The notes beneath the pieces were generated by a model. The model did no database searches, was not told the DNA's origin, and saw nothing but the letters and a program-made list of their open reading frames with translations. From contig CP006868.1 of the NCBI GenBank assembly GCA_025340205.1, forward strand, positions 1,200,001 to 1,232,000: a stretch of DNA of 32,000 nucleotides. Reading direction: 5' to 3'. Position 1 is the stretch's first letter. Each line of letters opens with the position of its first letter. A program made the translations under genes and the position numbers. This document shows, in pieces, positions 23,801 through 31,833 of this stretch. The stretch is from Ignicoccus pacificus DSM 13166. Its GTDB lineage: Archaea > Thermoproteota > Thermoprotei_A > Sulfolobales > Ignicoccaceae.

Positions 23801-24679
23801 ATGATGTTCGAGGACAAGAGAGTTTTATTGATGAGAAACGGAGAGGTAAGGGTGGTAGTTGGATACGAGCACCCTCCCGGTTGCTCCATAGCTTACTTGA
23901 AGTACGTGTACACCGGAAGGGGACCTTGGAAGGGATTCGAGAGGGTCGTCAAGGAATACACTCCCGAGGAGGTGAGGAAGGGTAGCCTAGTTTATGATCC
24001 GAACTTTGGCTCCCTAGTCCCTTGTGCCTCCCACTCTGAGGTTCTAAGGGCTCCGGATCCCTTGGAGAGAGCCAAGGAGGTTATCTCCTCCCCCAAGGAT
24101 CTCCTCGAAGAAAGGTTCGTGGAACTTTACGATTGCCTAAGGATAAGGGACTTGGGTCTCGGGGGAAGCTTGTTGCTCGGAATACAGCACGAGAACTCCG
24201 ATGTGGATTCCTTGATCTATCCGAGGGGCGACCCTCTTTGGATATGGGAGGAGCTGGAGAACTCTGACTTATTAGAGGAGGAGAGGGAGTGGAGCTTAAG
24301 GGTCTCCAAGCTCTTAGGCTTGCCTCTGAACGAAGTAAAAAGATTGTACTCAAAGGCTAAAAGAGCTATGTTTAAGGGTACTGCGGTCTCCTTTGCCTTT
24401 GTGAAGAAGGATCTGGAGAGGTACGGCTCTTCAGTAGCTGATCCTATTGGGAAGATTGAGCTGGTCCTAGATATGGAACCTTGTCCTGAGGCCTTGTACT
24501 ATCCCCATAGGTGCTGGGCAGGGAGGTACCTCATCGAAAGCTATGAGAGTTCCTTTGTTAAGGTATTCGTAAAAGGAGGAAGGGTGAGGGTAAAGGGATA
24601 CTTGTGGAGGAGAAGTGACGGAACGGAGGTCATAAGGATAGGCGGAAGGGAGGAGAGAGGTTACTTGCTCTTTGCATAG
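23801..24679 (+). CDS. Predicted nucleotidyltransferase (Pol-beta superfamily) with a C-terminal OB-like region
   Basis: GLGGSLLLGIQHENSDVDSLIY fits the G[GS]x9-13DxD NTase motif. Beta-rich C-terminus (GGRVRVKGYLWRRSDGTEVIRIGG). The family (COG1665-like) is recalled, not verified. Confidence 0.45.
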   Translation: MMFEDKRVLLMRNGEVRVVVGYEHPPGCSIAYLKYVYTGRGPWKGFERVVKEYTPEEVRKGSLVYDPNFGSLVPCASHSEVLRAPDPLERAKEVISSPKDLLEERFVELYDCLRIRDLGLGGSLLLGIQHENSDVDSLIYPRGDPLWIWEELENSDLLEEEREWSLRVSKLLGLPLNEVKRLYSKAKRAMFKGTAVSFAFVKKDLERYGSSVADPIGKIELVLDMEPCPEALYYPHRCWAGRYLIESYESSFVKVFVKGGRVRVKGYLWRRSDGTEVIRIGGREERGYLLFA

Positions 24680-25266
24680 AGTATCTCCTTCCCATTAACT
24701 ATAACGTCCACGCTCTTTGCCTTACCCCAGACGAGGACTACGTCTATCATCTTGCTAGCCGGGCATATCTTGACCCAAGGCTTTATGGGAATCATTGTTA
24801 TATTTATAATCATATTCTCGCCGTTAATTGTAGCATTTACCTTGACCCTCTTGCATATGGAACCGCTCAAGGGTACCATTACAACAGTTTGATTGCCCTT
24901 GGATATCATCTCCTTTACGTCACTTAGGAGATACCTCTCGCCGCACTCCAAGCCTTTGATGGTAGAGTTCCAAAACACTTGAGGTTTGGGCTGGGCTCCG
25001 AGCAAGTTGAGAGCTTCCACCTTGCAGACCCAAGGTCCCTTAATCAGTTCGTAAATCTTTATCGGTCCGTTGCTGCAGACCAAGTTGACCGGCCACTTTC
25101 CATGAAGGGAATGAGGAATCGTGGGAGAAGCTATTATTCCGCCGTCCGTTATCCACAACCAGAAGTTCCCTGCGGGGATGATGGCGTTAACGGTACCCGA
25201 TATCACGTGCGCTGAAGCCGTGAATATCGCTATTAAGAGAATGACCCCTACTCTTATACCTCTCAA
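24661..25266 (-). CDS. Secreted hypothetical protein (201 aa)
   Basis: TTG start. Sec-type signal peptide MRGIRVGVILLIAIFTASA|HV. No known motif. Confidence 0.5.
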   Translation of the reverse strand: MRGIRVGVILLIAIFTASAHVISGTVNAIIPAGNFWLWITDGGIIASPTIPHSLHGKWPVNLVCSNGPIKIYELIKGPWVCKVEALNLLGAQPKPQVFWNSTIKGLECGERYLLSDVKEMISKGNQTVVMVPLSGSICKRVKVNATINGENMIINITMIPIKPWVKICPASKMIDVVLVWGKAKSVDVIVNGKEILYAKSK

Positions 25267-25277
25267 TAGCTTAACCC

Positions 25278-25862
25278 TTGGGGAATGCAGTGGGAGAGCT
25301 CAAAGGCTTTGTGGTATTGATGTTGCTCACCGCTGTACTCTTCGCCGCTTCTAACACCTTGGTAAAGAGCTCTTTGCCAGTGGTTTGCAAACACGACAAG
25401 AACGCCCCCTCCCCAAAGGCCATAATCATTCACTATAACACGTTGATAATAAGGCACCTAGAGGATCCATGCTTCGTTAAGACAATTGAAGTGCTCTACT
25501 CTAAGGACAAGGTAACGAGGACCCTACTAACAACCAAGCCTATGGCTAAGGTGGCTCCAGATGTCACCGTCACCCTCCCTAAGCCTCCATACACTTTGAC
25601 GGTGATCTACGCTGACATGGCCAACAACACTGGAAGACTATCTTGGACTATAACCGCTGAGCCCTACACGACCCACTACTTGGTCACCATGGTAGCCACT
25701 GGGGGATCGGCGGTCGTTCAAATCAATCCACCTCCCAATAAGCCGCTCCTCCCTCAGCCCTACGCCGACCCTTCATTCCAAGCCTCGGTGATGACCTTGC
25801 TCGCAATAGCGGCCTTCATCTACGGAGCGATAAGGTTCTTCACCTCAGGGAGGTCCAGTTGA
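25278..25862 (+). CDS. Membrane-anchored extracellular hypothetical protein (194 aa); N-terminus resembles a class III (prepilin-like) signal
   Basis: TTG 25278 or GTG 25290 start. ELKG followed by FVVLMLLTAVLFAAS. Pro-rich stalk (PPPNKPLLPQPYADP) and a C-terminal TM plus basic tail (VMTLLAIAAFIYGAIRFFTSGRSS). Confidence 0.45.
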   Translation: MGNAVGELKGFVVLMLLTAVLFAASNTLVKSSLPVVCKHDKNAPSPKAIIIHYNTLIIRHLEDPCFVKTIEVLYSKDKVTRTLLTTKPMAKVAPDVTVTLPKPPYTLTVIYADMANNTGRLSWTITAEPYTTHYLVTMVATGGSAVVQINPPPNKPLLPQPYADPSFQASVMTLLAIAAFIYGAIRFFTSGRSS

Positions 25863-25912
25863 TAAAAGGGAAATAACGGTCCCCTCCTTCACCCTAAGCG
25901 AGGTCAAAGGCT

Positions 25913-26716
25913 GTGCGGGAGCTCCTTTTGTTTGGTCTGGGGCCTATAGGCCTCGAGGTTCTTAGGGCGATCACGAAGGGTCTGCTTAAAGTGGACAAGG
26001 TCTACGCGGTGGCTCCACATGCGGAAATAGCTAAGGCCAGGGAAATACTTCCAAAGCTGATAGAGTTAGACGAGGACGTAGCAGTCAAGATGAAGTTCAG
26101 TGCAGTTTTAGAAATAGCGGGGCCGCAGAAGGCTAAGGAATACGTGCCTAAGTTCTTAATGCAAGGAAATACTGTAATAATGATGACTTCTTCTTTATTA
26201 GCAGACGACGATTATATGGAGGAGATAAAGAGGATAACGAAGGCCTACGGAGGAAGGATAGTGGTTCCCTTCGGAGCGGTGGGCGGATTGGACCTAGTCA
26301 ACGCCTTGTCAGTATTTGAGGATTTGAAGGTTGAAGTCGAGGTGAGGAGGAGGCCGGAGGTGCTGGCAGACGTGCTCAGGGAAGCGGGCTTCGAGGTAGA
26401 TGCCACGGAGGACGTCCCGGTGGTGCTCTACGAGGGATCGGCGAAGGAGGAGCTCAGAAAGGTACAGAAGGGAATAAACACCATAATGGCGGCTGTCTTG
26501 GCAGCTGGAAGGGACGTGAACTTGAGGATAGTTGCCGACGCGAGCGTTAAGGGTTCAAAATACAGTTTAATTATAGAAAGTCCAATAGCTAAGGCGAAGC
26601 TCCAAGCGGAGTATGAGGTGTTCGAGGAAGATCCCAAGCTCAGTAAGATCATGGCCTACTCGGCGCTAAGGGCCTTGAAGGCCGTTCTAGAGGGAGTAGA
26701 GGTGGTAGTGTTCTGA
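25913..26716 (+). CDS. L-aspartate dehydrogenase-like (NadX/DUF108 fold) protein
   Basis: Collinear with Thermotoga TM1643 as I recall it: Rossmann LFGLGPIGLEV, PFGAVGGLD, YEGSAKE...INTIMAAVLAAG...RIVADASV and AYSALRALKAV. GTG start. The His-containing segment after IVADP is not evident. Confidence 0.55.
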   Translation: MRELLLFGLGPIGLEVLRAITKGLLKVDKVYAVAPHAEIAKAREILPKLIELDEDVAVKMKFSAVLEIAGPQKAKEYVPKFLMQGNTVIMMTSSLLADDDYMEEIKRITKAYGGRIVVPFGAVGGLDLVNALSVFEDLKVEVEVRRRPEVLADVLREAGFEVDATEDVPVVLYEGSAKEELRKVQKGINTIMAAVLAAGRDVNLRIVADASVKGSKYSLIIESPIAKAKLQAEYEVFEEDPKLSKIMAYSALRALKAVLEGVEVVVF

Positions 26717-27366
26717 AGGCCGCTGCCTTACTCTCAGGGGGAAAGGACAGCAACTTCGCCCTCCATTGGGCAGCGCTCCACGGCTTGGAGATATGCTGTA
26801 CCGTCACCTTGAAGCCTCCTGAGGACTCGGAGCTCCTTCAGTTCCCCTCAGTAGAGCTGGCCAGACTCCAAGCTGAGGCTATGGGTATTCCCTCGATTTA
26901 CGCTGAGGGAAAGGAGGAACTCTTGGAAGATCTTTTGAAAAAGGCGAAGGAAATGGGAGCCACCCACGTGGTCTCCGGAGCCCTCCTCTCTGATTTTCAA
27001 AGGCAAAGGATGGGCCTTACCGCGAGGAGGCTCGGCTTAATCCCCGTCAACCCTATTTGGAGGATAAATCAAGAGGAATATATGAGGACATTGGTTAGAA
27101 ACGGCTTTAAGTTCATCTTGATAAGGGTGGCTGCCTACGGCTTAGGCCCCGAGTTCTTGGGGAAGGTAGTTGACGAGGAAATGATTGAAGAAATAATAAG
27201 AAGGGCCAGGAAGTATGGCTTCAATCCAGCCTTCGAGGGAGGGGAGGCAGAGACGTTGGTTCTCAAGGCCCCCCTCTACAAGAGGGAGTTGGAGGTCGAG
27301 GGAAGGATAGTTAGCAGAGGAGGTGGGGACTGGGTCTACGTCATTGAGAAGGCTCGTCTGAAGTAG
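26713..27366 (+). CDS. PP-loop ATP pyrophosphatase, MJ0570 / diphthine-ammonia ligase (Dph6)-like
   Basis: Collinear with MJ0570. The PP-loop LLSGGKDSNFAL is encoded at 26731-26766, upstream of the ORF-track ATG (26785). Also SGALLSDFQRQR and EGGEAETLVL. The 5' boundary is placed at CTG 26713 because no ATG, GTG or TTG is in frame after the upstream stop. Confidence 0.7.
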   Translation: MKAAALLSGGKDSNFALHWAALHGLEICCTVTLKPPEDSELLQFPSVELARLQAEAMGIPSIYAEGKEELLEDLLKKAKEMGATHVVSGALLSDFQRQRMGLTARRLGLIPVNPIWRINQEEYMRTLVRNGFKFILIRVAAYGLGPEFLGKVVDEEMIEEIIRRARKYGFNPAFEGGEAETLVLKAPLYKRELEVEGRIVSRGGGDWVYVIEKARLK

Positions 27367-28138
27367 GGAGGAGTATGAATGCCATCACCTTTCTCCTCTG
27401 AGCTACTACCATGACCACGTCCCAGTCAAAGCTTCTGACAGCTCCCGGAAACTTGAACTCCTCTAACTCCTCTCCTTCCGCAGTAAAGGTTACAACCCTC
27501 TTCTTTGACCTGTCCCCAACAGCTAAGACGTCTCCTAACCACGACAGGCCGGTGACCTCAATTCCTTCCTTCCTCCAGAGCTCCTCCGTTCCATCGAACA
27601 CTGCTAGCCCTCCTGGAACGGAAGTGGCTAAGAGGGGGCCGTCCCTAACTAGGTCTACCCTTCCTACGGGAAGGAACTTCTTTCCTATGTGGATTCCTTC
27701 AGTGGTGCCGACGACGAGCTCGTTCCTCCAATCCAAGGAGAGGCCCTCTCCCTTAATCCTCTTCTTCCCCGATCTCACGAACTTCTCTCCGTCGTGTTCA
27801 TAGAAGAGGACGCTCTTAGGGGTGAGCAAGGCAAGCCTATCCTCCTTAAAGGCACAGTCTATTCCCTTAGTGCCGGTTGGGATAACTCCCGAGGGCTTTC
27901 CCCTCTTGTTCTCAAAGAGGAATACGAAATTTTCTGCGGGAAAAGCGGTCAAGGAGGGGGAGATGCAAGGTCTCCCCAGTCTCGTTCCCTTGTAGTACTT
28001 CTTGGCCAGGAGCTTGCCGTCGGCTCTGATGAGGTAAGCAGTGAAGTCGGCGCTCACCGCCACCCTCTCGTGAGAGGCCCTCACTATGGGTTCGTCGCTG
28101 GTTACCCTTCTGGTCCACGCGTGTGCCAGCTTTGTCAA
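27341..28138 (-). CDS. Hypothetical protein (265 aa), beta-rich, possibly propeller-like
   Basis: Long ORF 4 nt downstream of the preceding gene. Repeated G..hV..D/W segments. No firm motif. Its 3' end overlaps the convergent PP-loop gene by 26 nt. Confidence 0.5.
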   Translation of the reverse strand: MTKLAHAWTRRVTSDEPIVRASHERVAVSADFTAYLIRADGKLLAKKYYKGTRLGRPCISPSLTAFPAENFVFLFENKRGKPSGVIPTGTKGIDCAFKEDRLALLTPKSVLFYEHDGEKFVRSGKKRIKGEGLSLDWRNELVVGTTEGIHIGKKFLPVGRVDLVRDGPLLATSVPGGLAVFDGTEELWRKEGIEVTGLSWLGDVLAVGDRSKKRVVTFTAEGEELEEFKFPGAVRSFDWDVVMVVAQRRKVMAFILLPTSDEPSQ

Positions 28139-28142
28139 TAAA

Positions 28143-28679
28143 TCACCGCCTTAGGGCCTGAATCCTCTCCACTATAAAGCGGAGGACGTCGTCCTCCGGT
28201 ACCTCCGCCTTTACCCTCACTCTCTCGTTACCCTCTCCGGCCTCCCTCAAGTGCCTCCTAATAATAGAAGCTACCAGCAGGGCCTCTGGACTCAAGGTGA
28301 AGAACTGAACGCCTCTCTCCTTTAGCATCCTGTAGGTCGGGATGAACACGGATCCCTTAATCTCTATGACCCATCTCTTGGAATCCTCCTTCTTTACGTT
28401 CACTTCCTCCGCTAATCCCAACTCCTTGAACGCCCTTCTCACAGTCTCCTCAACGTTGCTGTAATCAGCTTCTCCGAGGACTTCGTCTACGTATTTGGAC
28501 AACAACTCTCCCAACTCCGTCAACAGCATCTGTGCCATAGCGTTGGAGGCCGAGCCTAGCGTCTTAGTTATCGCTATCTGGTATGCCGCTACAATTCCGT
28601 TAACGAGGGGGGAAGGTATACAAGATTCCTTTGCCTTCATGAGAGCATCTACCTCCGCACTCCTATCACTCATACTCAT
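28143..28679 (-). CDS. Hypothetical protein (178 aa)
   Basis: The ORF track extends to 28904, but that extension overlaps the upstream reductase gene. ATG 28679 (MSMSDRS...) sits about 30 nt below a TATA-like AAATTTTTAAC. Confidence 0.5.
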   Translation of the reverse strand: MSMSDRSAEVDALMKAKESCIPSPLVNGIVAAYQIAITKTLGSASNAMAQMLLTELGELLSKYVDEVLGEADYSNVEETVRRAFKELGLAEEVNVKKEDSKRWVIEIKGSVFIPTYRMLKERGVQFFTLSPEALLVASIIRRHLREAGEGNERVRVKAEVPEDDVLRFIVERIQALRR

Positions 28680-28755
28680 ACCCTTCAGTAATCTTACCCG
28701 GTTTTGAGTTAAAAATTTCGAGCATCTATTTGGGGAGGGAGATACTTCTCTGATT

Positions 28756-29412
28756 TTAGGAGATCCTCTTCCATGAGACGTGAACGCACCTTCCGCACTC
28801 ACAAAGCTCAACTCTTTCGGGTTTAAAGGAAGGAGCTTCCCTAACCTTTTCCACTCCATCACCCCAAGCGAAGGAGGGACCTCCTCCCAGGACCTTTCCC
28901 ACATAAGTTATTTCAAGTCTATCAACTACGTTGTCTTTTATCAAGCTCCAGTTCAAGTTACCTCCTCCCTCTATCATCACCCTCCTTATTCCCATAGTAT
29001 TGAGAACCTCCTTCGCCTTTCCCCAATCAATTGAGGGTCCTTCTCCAGCAACTACGACCTTAACCCCCAGCGATCTAAAGTACCGAAACTTCCAAGGGTA
29101 GTTCCTAATCCCGTGCTCCGTCGTTATTACTAAGCTTAACCACGGCACTTCCTTGAAAAGCCTCAACGTATGAGGGATCCTAAGCCTTCCGTCCACGACT
29201 CCTCTGAAGGGCTGGTGCCTACAAGGAACCCTCTTCACGAAGAGCCCCGGATCGTCCTTCATTGCCGTGTTAGCCCCGACTAATACTAGGTCGCTCCAGC
29301 ACCTCCACTCGTGAAGCCTCCTCAGATCATGCTCACATGAGAGCTCGGAGTCTCCGTAAGCGGTAGCAAGCCTTCCATCAATTGATATAGTAGAGAAGAT
29401 AACCCATTCCAT
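28756..29412 (-). CDS. 2,5-diamino-6-(ribosylamino)-4(3H)-pyrimidinone 5'-phosphate reductase (RibD C-terminal domain family; archaeal riboflavin/F420 pathway)
   Basis: Collinear with MJ0671-type reductases: STISIDGRLAT, LVGANTAMKDDPGL, VVDGRLRIP and MIEGGGNLNWSL. Confidence 0.8.
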   Translation of the reverse strand: MEWVIFSTISIDGRLATAYGDSELSCEHDLRRLHEWRCWSDLVLVGANTAMKDDPGLFVKRVPCRHQPFRGVVDGRLRIPHTLRLFKEVPWLSLVITTEHGIRNYPWKFRYFRSLGVKVVVAGEGPSIDWGKAKEVLNTMGIRRVMIEGGGNLNWSLIKDNVVDRLEITYVGKVLGGGPSFAWGDGVEKVREAPSFKPERVELCECGRCVHVSWKRIS

Positions 29413-29433
29413 CTTTCACGACCAAGGATTGGC

Positions 29434-29715
29434 TCAAGCTAAAGCTTTCATTACTAGTTTGGTTAAAAATAAAAGCATCACCATTTGTATCAAAGTTTGC
29501 CTGAGCATATCCCTTTGTACGTTTAACGAGTGCATTTGTAAGAAGAAGGTAGTAGTCGCTTTTTGAAGGCAGTTGATTGCTTTAGCGAGTTCCAAGTTCG
29601 CTATACAGTTGGTAGCGCTTACTAGAAACTCATTTCTTATCTCGTATTCCCTTTCGTATGTTTCTATCACTTTCTCATTATACCATTTTAAACCGGTCTG
29701 AAGTATACTATTCAT
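29434..29715 (-). pseudogene. Doubtful 93-aa ORF in a low-GC spacer; possibly a frameshifted remnant
   Basis: The N-terminal half looks protein-like. The C-terminal half is low quality. The -1 frame is open from just before an A5 run (29559-29565) and reads more like protein. Confidence 0.25.
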
Positions 29716-29864
29716 TTTACCACCAAAATAGATTGTTCAGAAGCGGTTTATCGCTCAAGGGGGCGGTAATACTTGCCGATTATTCGTATTGAGTGTTCGA
29801 AATACGAACGAGGGCTCAGATACCCCGGAGCGTCTCCCTCACCGCTCGGCGAGCATGACTCTCC

Positions 29865-30536
29865 TCACCGCCTCTTCTCGAGGACGTCGGTGAGGGTTAA
29901 GACTCTCACGAACTTGATACCTCTGTTCCTTATATCTGTCTCCGCTCCTTCCTCTCTATCAAGTAGAGCAGCTGCTAGGATCACTTGAGCTCCAGCGTCC
30001 TCCAAGGCATCTATGGACTTAAGCAAGCTGTTTCCGGTGGTGGTGACGTCGTCGATAACTACCACCTTCTGACCTGGCTCTATTCCCTCAACCAACTTCT
30101 TCTGCCCATACTCCTTCCTCTTGGGCCTTACGTATCCCATGGGCCAGCCTAGGGTAACCGAGAGGTGTGCTGCCAAGGGAATGCCTCCGGTAGCTACTCC
30201 GGCCAAGCTCGCGTAGCTCACATGCTTCTTTATTTCAGCTGCCATTAACAAAGCGGCTATCCTAGCCAGTTTGGGAAAGCTCCAGAGCTTCCTCATGTCA
30301 ACGTATATATTGCTCCTTTTACCAGAGGAGAGTATGAAGGTACCTTTCTTAACCAAACCGTATTCCCTTAACTTCCTGGCCAAGTAGTTCTTGAAGTAAC
30401 AACATCCCAAGTTAAATACTAACATAGGCTCGTTGACTGCCTCGACTAGCGCCTCGGCGTCTAATAAGGATCCGGTCCACGGAAGCTCGCTCAGCACCGC
30501 GATGTTGTAAGCTTCCATGTAGCGGTTCATGTCCAC
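29865..30536 (-). CDS. pyrE: Orotate phosphoribosyltransferase (PyrE) or PyrE-like PRTase
   Basis: GTFILSSGKRSNIYVDMRK, the PRPP loop VVVIDDVTTTGNS, and GGIPLA. The roughly 40-aa N-terminal extension may be an artefact. An internal ATG at 30425 would give a canonical 186-aa protein. Confidence 0.7.
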   Translation of the reverse strand: MDMNRYMEAYNIAVLSELPWTGSLLDAEALVEAVNEPMLVFNLGCCYFKNYLARKLREYGLVKKGTFILSSGKRSNIYVDMRKLWSFPKLARIAALLMAAEIKKHVSYASLAGVATGGIPLAAHLSVTLGWPMGYVRPKRKEYGQKKLVEGIEPGQKVVVIDDVTTTGNSLLKSIDALEDAGAQVILAAALLDREEGAETDIRNRGIKFVRVLTLTDVLEKRR

Positions 30537-30601
30537 AGCTTGCTACCCCGCTCTCTCACCGGGATACCTTTTAATATCCCAAAAGGTTTCAACCTCGAAC
30601 C

Positions 30602-31468
30602 CTAGAACCACTCCCATCCTCTAGGCTCCAAGAGCCTCCCTCGGAAGTATACCCCTTCGCCTTCACTTACCTTTCCCGCCACGATACCTCCTATTCTTTT
30701 AGCGAACTCCTCGGCGACATCGTTTTCGATAATGAAGACTGGTAAGTACTCCTCCCCAGAGAACAAGGCGTCCTCTAGGCTTACCTCTTCAGGCTTGGGA
30801 ACGTCGAATAGGTCTATCCTAACTTTAGATGAGCTAGCTATTCTCCAAAGCGTTATGGCTAGGGAATCGCTAGAGTCGCTGGACGCGTGGATAAAATCAG
30901 CGAACTCCTCAATGACATCAACCAACTCAATCCTTATCCTAGGCCTCTTGCAGTGTTCCAAGATCTCCCCTTCAGCTTCCCCTCTCAGACATGTGCTTAC
31001 ACATCCCCAGCAACCTCTCGGGATGACTAAGGAATCCCCCACCTTGGCTCCTCCTATCGGTATCGGCTTCTTAGCCGTCCCTATAGAAAAGACGTCTATC
31101 GCGTCCTCTCCCTTGTTGCTGTCGGCTCCCATGAAGATGAGGTCGTATTCCCTTATCGCCTCCAACGCCCCTTCGCTCAGCTCCTTTATTCCCTCAATTG
31201 AATTTGAATAAACGGAGAAGGAAGAGGCTAAAGGCCTTGCTCCCTTCGCTACCAAGTCGCTTAAGGAAGCTATTACTCCCCTCCAACCCACGTCCCTCAG
31301 ATCCATGAATTCCATCTTAACATCTTTGGCTCTAAATCCGTCGACGTTGGCACAAAGGAACGAATTCGTGAGCTTCAAGCACTCGCAGTCGTCTCCTAGA
31401 CCTAAGGCCCCGGTCCTCAGTTTCATCGACTTAGCCAGCTTTACTAACTCCTCCTCGACTCTTCCCAC
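30602..31468 (-). CDS. thiL: Thiamine-monophosphate kinase-like (ThiL / PurM superfamily)
   Basis: GLGDDCECL (compare IGDDAAVL), DVGWRGVIASLSDLVAKGARP, GADSNKG and HASSDSSDSL, in the ThiL order. 288 aa. Confidence 0.6.
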   Translation of the reverse strand: MGRVEEELVKLAKSMKLRTGALGLGDDCECLKLTNSFLCANVDGFRAKDVKMEFMDLRDVGWRGVIASLSDLVAKGARPLASSFSVYSNSIEGIKELSEGALEAIREYDLIFMGADSNKGEDAIDVFSIGTAKKPIPIGGAKVGDSLVIPRGCWGCVSTCLRGEAEGEILEHCKRPRIRIELVDVIEEFADFIHASSDSSDSLAITLWRIASSSKVRIDLFDVPKPEEVSLEDALFSGEEYLPVFIIENDVAEEFAKRIGGIVAGKVSEGEGVYFRGRLLEPRGWEWF

Positions 31469-31483
31469 CAGGGTCCCCGAGAG

Positions 31484-31774
31484 TTGAGGAGGGTCGCGTT
31501 TTTGTGGGAGTCTGCCTTCGGCACCGCTTACGCGGCCTTGGGCTTCGATTGTAAGGATAGGGAGGATTGTGTGGAGAGAATTAAGGAAGCAAAGGAAATA
31601 TTGAAGGAACTCGATTCTAACCCCATCCTCACTTGGAGCTCCTACTACAAGATGTTCTTCTTGGTTACTAGGTTTGCGTTCCCAAAGGAAGAAGTAGAGA
31701 GGTTCTCGGAGAAGCTCTCAGTAAGCGGCTGGGAGGTGAAGTGGGGCAAGAGGGAGGAGGTGCTGGGGGAGTAA
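31484..31774 (+). CDS. Hypothetical protein (96 aa)
   Basis: ORF track, TTG start. No motif. Confidence 0.35.
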   Translation: MRRVAFLWESAFGTAYAALGFDCKDREDCVERIKEAKEILKELDSNPILTWSSYYKMFFLVTRFAFPKEEVERFSEKLSVSGWEVKWGKREEVLGE

Positions 31775-31833
31775 CCTCGCTTGGAATAACCCTAAAACTG
31801 CTCTCCGCGATTGCCGACTACATGGGGTAAGTT

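Noticed and set aside
28680-28904. N-terminal 75-codon extension of ORF 28143..28904, which overlaps the upstream reductase gene by about 150 nt.
   Set aside because: The extension (MWERSWEEVPPSLG...) is an out-of-frame read-through of the well-supported RibD-like gene. A good ATG at 28679 with an upstream TATA-like box gives a compact non-overlapping gene.
29809-29864. tRNA-like start (GCCGAGCGGTGAGGG..., minus strand) downstream of pyrE, as a possible tRNA or integration att site.
   Set aside because: I could find no T-arm (GTTCRAATC-type), no acceptor-stem complement and no cloverleaf. Only short local hairpins are present.
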